DNA of 64,000 nt from Patescibacteria group bacterium (GCA_034520665.1 JAXHNJ010000002.1:480660-544659), one strand, 5' to 3'. Counted from the stretch's first letter, positions 1-6,137 are shown. Made by a program: numbers and translations. Notes: generated from the letters alone by a model not told the origin.

Positions 1-337
1 ATTTTATTTGTCCATCCTCTTTGTAAACTTCATTTTGTATTAAAACAGGAGTATAATCACCTTCAGAAATTTCAAAAGGATTACCTTCAGGGGCTAGAGT
101 AGAATAAGTATAGAACTTAAATCCGCTGGCAAAGGCCGGATTAAGATGATAATAAACGCCCAGCAAAATCACGGCAAAACCAATAAAAGCAAAAAAACCA
201 GCCATAATCATAGTTACTTTTTTTACTAATGAGCCTTTTATTTTAGTGAGATACCAAATAATTACTCCGGCGACTATTAATAAAACCGGAAAAATAACCA
301 GCCAGGTGATTAAATTTGTGCCAAGATGTGATTCCAT
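1..337 (-). CDS. hypothetical membrane protein, N-terminal part only (C-terminus beyond window start)
   Basis: Minus-strand ATG at 335-337 opens frame MESHLGTNLITWLVIFPVLLIVAGVIIWYLTK... that runs off the window edge. Hydrophobic helices. Absent from the ORF track because truncated. Confidence 0.45.
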   Translation of the reverse strand, partial: MESHLGTNLITWLVIFPVLLIVAGVIIWYLTKIKGSLVKKVTMIMAGFFAFIGFAVILLGVYYHLNPAFASGFKFYTYSTLAPEGNPFEISEGDYTPVLIQNEVYKEDGQIK

Positions 338-522
338 ACGTTTTTTATTTAATTTTTAGTATTATCTATTATAGTATATCAAAAAATCTTTAAAAAAAGT
401 AGAGATACTTTTTAAATTATTTTTTCTATAAAATTTTATTTTTTTTGAAAAACATAAAATATTTTTCCAGCGAACATGATTTTTCTATGGGAGACGACCT
501 CCGCAGTGTCCCGATAAAATCA

Positions 523-598
523 GGTGGACCCAACAGGAGTCGAACCTGCGACCTCCGCAGTGCAAATGCGGCGCTCTAGCCAACTGAGCTATGGGCCC
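523..598 (-). tRNA. tRNA-Ala (anticodon TGC)
   Basis: Cloverleaf GGGCCCA/TGGGTCC acceptor stem with the G3:U70 Ala identity pair. Anticodon loop TTTGCAC. T-loop TTCGACT. Discriminator A then CC (terminal A not encoded). Confidence 0.9.
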
Positions 599-631
599 AC
601 CTGATTTTATCGCGGATCCACGATGCGCAAT

Positions 632-898
632 TTATTTTTTAATTAATTTTTCAATAGCTTTTCGCTTTTTCCAAGATTTTATTTGTTTTTCTCGTTTTCT
701 TGCCTTTGATAAATATTTAAATGTTTCAGTATAAACTATTTTCCATGGAATATATCTTTTTGTAGATTTTACCTTACCTTTGTTATGCTGGTTTAATCTT
801 TTTGTTAAGTCTTCACAACTGCCAATATAATAAGAATTATTAATAGTTGATTTTAATATATATAAATAATACATTACATAATATTTATTTGTGCGCAT
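632..898 (-). CDS. GIY-YIG nuclease family protein (88 aa)
   Basis: N-terminal motif YVMYYLYILKS...YYIGSCEDL...R..QHN matches the GIY-YIG core. Start codon lies 5 nt after a duplicated tRNA-Ala 5-prime half. Stop lies 12 nt before the leader of the intact tRNA-Ala. Confidence 0.8.
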   Translation of the reverse strand: MRTNKYYVMYYLYILKSTINNSYYIGSCEDLTKRLNQHNKGKVKSTKRYIPWKIVYTETFKYLSKARKREKQIKSWKKRKAIEKLIKK

Positions 899-903
899 CG
901 GGA

Positions 904-959
904 CAAATGCGGCGCTCTAGCCAACTGAGCTATGGGCCCACCTGATTTTATCGCGGATC
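904..959 (-). repeat. direct repeat: 21-bp tRNA-Ala leader plus tRNA-Ala positions 1-35 (copy of 563-620)
   Basis: 56/56 identity to 563-618. The copy ends inside the anticodon loop (..GCATTTG then diverges). It forms the 5-prime UTR of the GIY-YIG ORF. Confidence 0.9.
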
Positions 960-985
960 TTTTAAATTATTGGATTATTGAAGAA

Positions 986-1076
986 CAAATGCGGTGCTTT
1001 ACCAAAATGAGTCCCGACCTTTTAGGTCGTGGATCCTCGACTCGCGCCTAAGGCGGAGTCGGGACTAAGGAGCCCA
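986..1076 (-). repeat. degenerate tRNA-Ala 5-prime copy interrupted by a 53-nt IR-bounded mini-element (1012-1064)
   Basis: Minus-strand reading GGGCTCCTTAG-[TCCCG...GGATCCTCGAC...CGGGA]-CTCATTTTGGTAAAGCACCGCATTTG resembles tRNA-Ala 1-35 with an insertion between positions 10 and 11. Element has terminal inverted repeats TCCCGAC/GTCGGGA. Confidence 0.7.
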
Positions 1077-1083
1077 TATTATT

Positions 1084-1326
1084 TTATCCTAAGGCACTAA
1101 TATTGAATATTTTTCCTAAAAGTCCTTGTAAAATACCAGTTAGAATTAAGAAAGTTCCAATAATAACAATTAAACCAAGTATTTTAATTAACATTCTAGT
1201 ACCACCTTCAGCTGATAAATGCTCTTCAGCCCAGGGAATACGACCGGTCCAGTTGAGAAACCACTCGGTTTTAATTAACATAAGAGAGCCGATGATTAAG
1301 GCAATAATGCCGACAAAATATTTCAT
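1084..1326 (-). CDS. small hypothetical membrane protein (80 aa)
   Basis: ORF track. Two predicted hydrophobic helices. No recognisable family. Confidence 0.5.
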   Translation of the reverse strand: MKYFVGIIALIIGSLMLIKTEWFLNWTGRIPWAEEHLSAEGGTRMLIKILGLIVIIGTFLILTGILQGLLGKIFNISALG

Positions 1327-1390
1327 ATTTTAAAGTTAATTTATTAGTCGTTATTTACCAAAGTTAAGAATGATACTCTGGCGGATGAAA

Positions 1391-1467
1391 TGGTGGGCGA
1401 CTGAGGACTCGAACCTCAGACCTTCTCGGTGTAAACGAGACGCTCTAGCCAACTGAGCTAGTCGCCC
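1391..1467 (-). tRNA. tRNA-Val (anticodon TAC)
   Basis: GGGCGAC acceptor stem, anticodon loop TTTACAC, T-loop TTCGAGT, CCA encoded. Confidence 0.9.
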
Positions 1468-1471
1468 TTTA

Positions 1472-1555
1472 TGCGGACGGTGGGACTTGAACCCACACGG
1501 CCCAAAGGACCCTAGGCCCTCAACCTAGTGCGTATACCAATTCCGCCACGTCCGC
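1472..1555 (-). tRNA. tRNA-Leu (anticodon GAG), long variable arm
   Basis: GCGGACG acceptor stem, anticodon loop TTGAGGG, 14-nt variable arm, T-loop TTCAAGT, discriminator A, no CCA. Confidence 0.85.
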
Positions 1556-1825
1556 TCAATTAAAAGTATTTTTAAGCATAGCCCTTAAGGAAGATTTGCC
1601 TTTACTAGTTTTAAAATATCTTTCTCTTTTTTTAGCGTCTATTTTATTATTAAAAACTTCGTAAAAAATAAGTTTTAGGGGTAAATAACTTTTTGTAAAT
1701 GGGCTTTTTCCTTGTTTATGCTCTTTAATCCTTCTACTAATATTAGTTGTAAAGCCGGTGTATAATTTCTTATTTGAGAGTAATAGGATATAAACATAAT
1801 ACATAAATTGTTCGTTATATACCAT
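1556..1825 (-). CDS. GIY-YIG nuclease family protein (89 aa)
   Basis: Motif MYYVYILLLSNKKLYTGFTTNISRRIKEH. The stop codon abuts nucleotide +1 of tRNA-Leu with 0 bp gap. Confidence 0.8.
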   Translation of the reverse strand: MVYNEQFMYYVYILLLSNKKLYTGFTTNISRRIKEHKQGKSPFTKSYLPLKLIFYEVFNNKIDAKKRERYFKTSKGKSSLRAMLKNTFN

Positions 1826-1896
1826 TCTGTACCACTAAAGGGTACAGGATTAGCCGCGAACCCTTTAGTGGTTCACGGCAGTTCCACCACGTTTGC
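1826..1896 (-). repeat. leader of GIY-YIG ORF: degenerate tRNA-Leu 5-prime fragment plus 11-bp-stem hairpin
   Basis: Minus strand GCAAACGTGGTGGAACTG resembles tRNA-Leu GCGGACGTGGCGGAATTG. It is followed by inverted repeat CCACTAAAGGG...CCCTTTAGTGG enclosing a T-loop-like GGTTCGCGGCTAATCC. Confidence 0.6.
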
Positions 1897-1917
1897 TTAT
1901 TTTAAAATGATATATTA

Positions 1918-2286
1918 CTAAGCTGGTTTTTTAGGTTGAAGATTTTCTTTAATTTTAATTTTTTCTTTAAGCTTTTTGGCTCTTCTATTCCGAAGATAAT
2001 AACCTTTTGATTTTCTGATGTTAAATTTTTTGACTATTTCAATTTTTTCAATAGTCGGCGAATAAATAGGAAATATTTTTTCGACCCCCACGCCTTCTGA
2101 TATTTTTCTAACCGTAATAGTTTTAGTTTGTCCGCGTCCTTTAATTTTTAACACGATACCTTCAAAAATTTGAATTCTTTCTTTATCTCCTTCTTTAATT
2201 TTTTGGTGAATACGCACCTTATAGCCAGCTTTTAAATTTTTGGCTTTATTTTTTTTTGATTCTTTTTTTTCTTTTGCTTCGGTCAT
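1918..2286 (-). CDS. rplS: 50S ribosomal protein L19 with Lys-rich N- and C-terminal extensions
   Basis: Core YKVRIHQKIKEGDKERIQIFEGIVLKIKGRG is typical of L19. Confidence 0.9.
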   Translation of the reverse strand: MTEAKEKKESKKNKAKNLKAGYKVRIHQKIKEGDKERIQIFEGIVLKIKGRGQTKTITVRKISEGVGVEKIFPIYSPTIEKIEIVKKFNIRKSKGYYLRNRRAKKLKEKIKIKENLQPKKPA

Positions 2287-2343
2287 ATTTTTAATTTTAT
2301 TAATAAAAAGGTGTATGAATTATAAGTGGAAAAAGTCTAAAAG

Positions 2344-3255
2344 TCAAGACTTTAAATTGTTGAGTGGGTTTTGAAAATTTTGAGGGGGTTTAACCTCATA
2401 CTCTTGCCATTTGTTATTTAAATTATAAAAGCCGATTTTTTGAGCATGTAACATAAGTCTTGGCCAAGATTGATTATCAAATTTTTTTATATTATATTTT
2501 TTATCACCAATAACTGGATGGCCCAAAGCTTTAAAGTGAACTCTGATTTGATTAGTTCTTCCAGTGAGTGTATTTATTTTTATTAAGGAATATTTTTTTA
2601 TTTTCTCTATTAATTTATATCTAGTGATAGCTTTCCTCCCTTTTTTATTTTTTGGTTTAGAAACTATTATTCCTTTTTTTGAACGAGCGATGGGAAAATT
2701 TATCTCTCCTTCATATTTTTCTAAAAGTCCGTGAACCAGCGCCAAATATTCTTTTTTTATCTGGTGGTCTTTAAATTGATTTTTTAAATTTTCAAACATG
2801 GCTTGATTTTTAGCCACGATCATAATTCCGGAAACATTTTTATCTAGACGATGAACAATACCTGGTCTTAGATTATCTTCTCCTACTTTTTTAATGGTTG
2901 AATTATAATTAATTAGTCGGCCAGCCAAAGTATCTTTTTCACTTTTTAAAGTGGGGTGAACCAACAAACCAACCGGTTTATTTATAATTAAGTAATTTTT
3001 TTCTTCTTTGAAAAGTGGCAGCTTTTTTTCTGATAATTTTAATTCTGGCTCGGGTGGTCTTTTGTAATCAATTTTAATAATATCATCTTTTTTTAAAAAA
3101 TAATGAACAGAAATTAGCTTCTTATTAACTTTTACTCGGCCCTGTTTAATCAATTTTTGAATATAAGAGCGCGAGCAATTTGGGAATTCTTGAGCTAAAA
3201 ATTTATCCAGTCTTTCTTTTTCTGCTTTCTGATTTACTTTTATTTTTTTTAGCAT
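2344..3255 (-). CDS. rluD: RluA-family 23S rRNA pseudouridine synthase with N-terminal S4 domain
   Basis: HRLDKNVSGIMIVAKNQ catalytic motif. S4-like N-terminus LDKFLAQEF. Confidence 0.8.
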   Translation of the reverse strand: MLKKIKVNQKAEKERLDKFLAQEFPNCSRSYIQKLIKQGRVKVNKKLISVHYFLKKDDIIKIDYKRPPEPELKLSEKKLPLFKEEKNYLIINKPVGLLVHPTLKSEKDTLAGRLINYNSTIKKVGEDNLRPGIVHRLDKNVSGIMIVAKNQAMFENLKNQFKDHQIKKEYLALVHGLLEKYEGEINFPIARSKKGIIVSKPKNKKGRKAITRYKLIEKIKKYSLIKINTLTGRTNQIRVHFKALGHPVIGDKKYNIKKFDNQSWPRLMLHAQKIGFYNLNNKWQEYEVKPPQNFQNPLNNLKS

Positions 3256-4735
3256 AAAGATAATTTTTTAAAAATTCGAGAGCTTGCTTCTTATTTTTAA
3301 TTTGTGAATTAAGTTGCTGTTCTCTGGCTATGGATAAAAGTTCGCCAATTAAAGGACCTCTTTTTATATTAAGATTTTTTATAATATCATGCCCGTTTAT
3401 CAAAGGTTTGGGTAGTGCTTTTCTTTTTTTGTCCATATTCTTCATTTCCTTAATCCGTTTAAGCATTTTTTCTAAACTTTTTGTATTTGCTTTACCCTTA
3501 GCTGGTAAGCTGCCCAATGTATCAGCCAGTATAATTTTCAATAATTTTTCTCCCGGTACTCTAGGGTTAAAAAATATTTTTTCTACTGTGCTAGCTCTTA
3601 AATTATAAGGGTCATCAACAATAAGAAGCATATGTCTTTTTACCAACCAGATAATATTTTCTTTTTTCACTTTACCCGTACTTTCCAGCTTCAATCTATC
3701 AATAATATCACTGGTCATTTCTGCTCCAATAGTATCATGAGCGTCAAAACGAATTCGATTAGTGCCATCTTTTTTGGGAGTCCTGATAGTTTTAGCTTTA
3801 CCGATATCATGAAAAATAATAGCTAATATTACTTCCGGGTCTTTAGTTCTTCCGGGCATTATTTTTTTATAAAGAGGTGAATTTAATTTTTCTAGAGCTA
3901 AGCGGGTATGCACAAAAACATCTCCTTCAGAATGGTATCTAACAGGTTGCGGTACACCTTTTAGATTTTCAATTTCCGGAATTAAGTGCTTAAAAATATT
4001 CATCTCATCAAAAATATCAAAAGCTCTTAAAGGATTAGCTTCAAAAGTATTAAGCAGTTCTTTAGCCATAACTTCCCGAGCCAAGCTTTTACTTTTTAAT
4101 TTCAGTGAGAAATTTTTGATGGCCTTGGCTGTTTTTTCTTCCAGTTCAAAGCTAAGCTGGCAGCAAAAGCGCAAAGCCCTTAAGATTCTAGTATAATCTT
4201 CTTTAAATCTTTTTTCAGCCTGGCCGACAGCCCGGATTTGTTTACTAGCCAAATCAGATAAGCCATTAAATTTATCAATTAATTTTTTATTTTTTATATC
4301 ATAAGCCAAGGCATTGATAGTAAAATCTCTTCTTTTTAAGTCTTTTTCAATGGGTAGCCGAGCCTTTGACTGAACTTTAAAATCCCGATAACCTCCGGTC
4401 ATTTTTAAGGAATGTTCTGTTCTTGGCAAAGCTATATCAATAGCTTCAATTTTTGAATTTTTAGGGACAAACTTAAAAACACCAAAAGATTTACCAACCA
4501 GGTTTACTTTACCCGATTTTTTTAAAAAGTTTTCTAATTTTTTAGCTGATAAATTACGAACCACAAAATCAAAATCTTTAGTTTTTCTTTTCAATATTAT
4601 ATCACGGACAGCACCACCGACTAGGTAGATTTCAGCCTGGGAGAATTTTTTTAATACTTTGTTAATAAATGATAAAGCCGGCTCTGTTTTAAGAGCCTTT
4701 TGGAATATTTTGATATTTATATCTTTCTTCTTCAT
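3203..4735 (-). CDS. cca: CCA-adding tRNA nucleotidyltransferase / polyA polymerase family with C-terminal HD domain
   Basis: GGAVRD..DFDFVV nucleotidyltransferase head motif. HDIGK HD motif. The true stop may be earlier than the overlap with rluD suggests. Confidence 0.8.
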   Translation of the reverse strand: MKKKDINIKIFQKALKTEPALSFINKVLKKFSQAEIYLVGGAVRDIILKRKTKDFDFVVRNLSAKKLENFLKKSGKVNLVGKSFGVFKFVPKNSKIEAIDIALPRTEHSLKMTGGYRDFKVQSKARLPIEKDLKRRDFTINALAYDIKNKKLIDKFNGLSDLASKQIRAVGQAEKRFKEDYTRILRALRFCCQLSFELEEKTAKAIKNFSLKLKSKSLAREVMAKELLNTFEANPLRAFDIFDEMNIFKHLIPEIENLKGVPQPVRYHSEGDVFVHTRLALEKLNSPLYKKIMPGRTKDPEVILAIIFHDIGKAKTIRTPKKDGTNRIRFDAHDTIGAEMTSDIIDRLKLESTGKVKKENIIWLVKRHMLLIVDDPYNLRASTVEKIFFNPRVPGEKLLKIILADTLGSLPAKGKANTKSLEKMLKRIKEMKNMDKKRKALPKPLINGHDIIKNLNIKRGPLIGELLSIAREQQLNSQIKNKKQALEFLKNYLYAKKNKSKSESRKRKTG

Positions 4736-4780
4736 TAGTTATAATTTTACCATAAATAAAAAAATCTTGAAAAAGATTAA

Positions 4781-4857
4781 TGGTGGGCGGTAGAAGAGTT
4801 GAACTTCTGACCTCTTGCGTGTCGAGCAAGCGCTCTAACCAACTGAGCTAACCGCCC
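4781..4857 (-). tRNA. tRNA-Val (anticodon GAC) with C at position 33
   Basis: GGGCGGT acceptor stem, anticodon stem CTTGC/GCAAG, loop TCGACAC, CCA encoded. C33 instead of the near-universal U33. Confidence 0.8.
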
Positions 4858-4914
4858 ATAGACATAAAAAGTTTAACGAAAATATTAATATTAGTCAACT
4901 TTAATAAAAAAAAG

Positions 4915-4938
4915 AGCCCGCTCTATTTAAGAGCGGGC
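4915..4938 (-). terminator. intrinsic terminator hairpin (GAGCCCGCTCT...AGAGCGGGC) with flanking A/T runs
   Basis: 9-bp GC stem flanked by AAAAAAAA on plus and T-run on minus. Overlaps the stop of the small Zn-ribbon ORF. Confidence 0.6.
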
Positions 4939-5120
4939 AATGCTTTAGCAAAATACGCTTCCTTTATGAAAACACATGTGGGCTGGAGAGCTGAATTTAG
5001 CCGGACTAATTTTTTCTTCATATCCACAATTACAAGTAGCTAGGTAATAAAAACCTAGCATTTCTTTATCTGAAGGCTGGTATTTTATTTCCATTTGACA
5101 TTTACATTCTGGACATTTCA
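4935..5120 (-). CDS. small zinc-ribbon protein (58 aa, CxxC...CxC)
   Basis: Minus-strand ORF MKCPECKCQMEIKYQPSDKEMLGFYYLATCNCGYEEKISPAKFSSPAHMCFHKGSVFC preceded by AAGGAGGT at 8 nt spacing. Below the ORF-track size cutoff. Confidence 0.55.
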
Positions 5121-5291
5121 TATTTAACCTCCTTTTTACTATTAAAGAGCAAAAAATTTAAAAACTGACTATTTAGCTAGCCAGTTTTTATTTATCATTC
5201 TTAAAAGAATAAACAAAAATCAGCTAGCTAAAGCTAGATTTTTGCCACCAATTATTTTTTAAGATTATTTGATGCATAAGTTTAAAATTTA

Positions 5292-5312
5292 GGGAGATCA
5301 AAAAGATCTCCC
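5292..5312. terminator. perfect 8-bp palindrome GGGAGATC-AAAAA-GATCTCCC followed by T-run
   Basis: Hairpin plus TTTTT on the plus strand. Sits 10 nt downstream of minus-strand Zn-ribbon ORF 5322-5471. Confidence 0.55.
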
Positions 5313-5321
5313 CTTTTTAAT

Positions 5322-5471
5322 TTAATCTTTTTGCCCACAAAGAGGACAAACAAGTTCATAAGGAGGTTCGCCACAACTTGGGATTAATCCCTCTTTTTTC
5401 AGCCTGATTTCTAAAGGAATACCATGTTTAGGGCAAACTTCTTTTTTTCTTTTCACTGCTTGGCTAGTCAT
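5322..5471 (-). CDS. small zinc-ribbon protein (49 aa, CPxH...C...CPLC)
   Basis: Minus-strand ORF MTSQAVKRKKEVCPKHGIPLEIRLKKEGLIPSCGEPPYELVCPLCGQKD preceded by AAGGAGGT at 5 nt spacing. Confidence 0.55.
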   Translation of the reverse strand: MTSQAVKRKKEVCPKHGIPLEIRLKKEGLIPSCGEPPYELVCPLCGQKD

Positions 5472-5496
5472 CTCAAACCTCCTTGTTTAAGGTACA

Positions 5497-5731
5497 AAAA
5501 AAAGCTGATCCTTTTTGGAATCAGTCTCTTATTTTAAGCTAATTTATACTAATTTTTAAGCTATTATATCAAAAAAAGACTGATCCGAATCAGTAAAATA
5601 CCAAAAATAAGCAAAAAATTGGTGGCTATTATCGGCTGAATTGTGGTCGCGCTGAGCGCGATGATCAATCTTTTTCATAAACTTATTAACAGTTTATATT
5701 ATAGATAAATACTTGTCAAATTTTATAATGT
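5497..5731 (-). promoter_or_regulatory. structured leader upstream of Zn-ribbon ORF: promoter-like TTGACA-15-TATAAA, 39-codon mini-ORF with aromatic run, two intrinsic terminator hairpins
   Basis: Minus strand: TTGACA at 5719-5714. Mini-ORF ATG 5678 reads MKKIDHRAQRDHNSADNSHQFFAYFWYFTDSDQSFFDIIA. Hairpin ACTGAT-TCGG-ATCAGT plus T7 at 5594-5571. Then GATATAAT. Second hairpin CTGATTCC-AAAAA-GGATCAG plus T8 at 5524-5497, just before the SD of the 5471 ORF. Confidence 0.4.
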
Positions 5732-5775
5732 AGACAGAATATATTATTAGTTTTTAAATATTTATTATTTCTTGG

Positions 5776-5902
5776 CGTTCACACGCCCCCCGCCTTCTTC
5801 TTCAATGTAACTCAATAATTAAGAGGGTAAACTTCGCCCCTACCTCCTAATAGCTTATCTGCCGTAGTCCACTAGGATGCAGGCAGGAAGGCGTAGTGCG
5901 CC
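5776..5902. ncRNA. GC-rich candidate structured RNA (unassigned)
   Basis: About 55% GC island in roughly 30% GC surroundings. No ORF. Contains CAGGCAGGAAGGCG and GGCG-TTCACA-CGCC hairpins. Could not be matched to SRP, tmRNA or RNase P RNA by eye. Confidence 0.25.
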
Positions 5903-6072
5903 CGACCCCTCCACATTTTATCTCTCCGCTAAACTAAGCGTTTAGTTATTATTTTTAAATGATTGTTTTTCAATGCGCCTGGTCTCCCTGCGGGAGACGA
6001 CCCCCATTTTACCGGTCCGCTAAACTAAAGGTTTAGTCATTATTTTTAAGTGATTGTTTTTCAATGCGCCTG
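5903..6072 (-). repeat. two tandem 85-90 bp units, each a degenerate 3-prime fragment of tRNA-Ile(UAU) plus about 50 bp trailer
   Basis: Unit 1 (5903-5982) lacks the T-arm. Unit 2 (5983-6072) has the T-arm replaced by GTCTCCC-TGC-GGGAGAC. Both end in GCGCCTGG (the tRNA acceptor 3-prime strand) with conserved trailer CCGCTAAACTAA.GGTTTAGT.ATTATTTTTAA.TGATTGTTTTTCAATGCGCC. Confidence 0.8.
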
Positions 6073-6137
6073 GATGGACTTGAACCATCGACCCCCACTT
6101 TATAAGAGTGGTGCTCTAACCACTGAGCTACAGGCGC
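6065..6137 (-). tRNA. tRNA-Ile (anticodon TAT)
   Basis: GCGCCTG acceptor stem, anticodon stem CCACT/AGTGG, loop CTTATAA, T-loop TTCAAGT, discriminator A, no CCA. Confidence 0.8.

Noticed and set aside
523-959. Simple tandem gene duplication of tRNA-Ala
   Set aside because: Only positions 1-35 plus leader are duplicated and the break is inside the anticodon loop. A protein-coding cassette sits exactly between the copies. The same architecture recurs at tRNA-Leu. A targeted insertion event is more likely.
5776-5902. tmRNA or SRP RNA assignment for the GC-rich island
   Set aside because: No T-loop (GGTTCGAATCC-like), no resume-codon/tag frame, and no GGAAGCAGCC-type SRP helix-8 motif could be found by eye. 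Left as unassigned.
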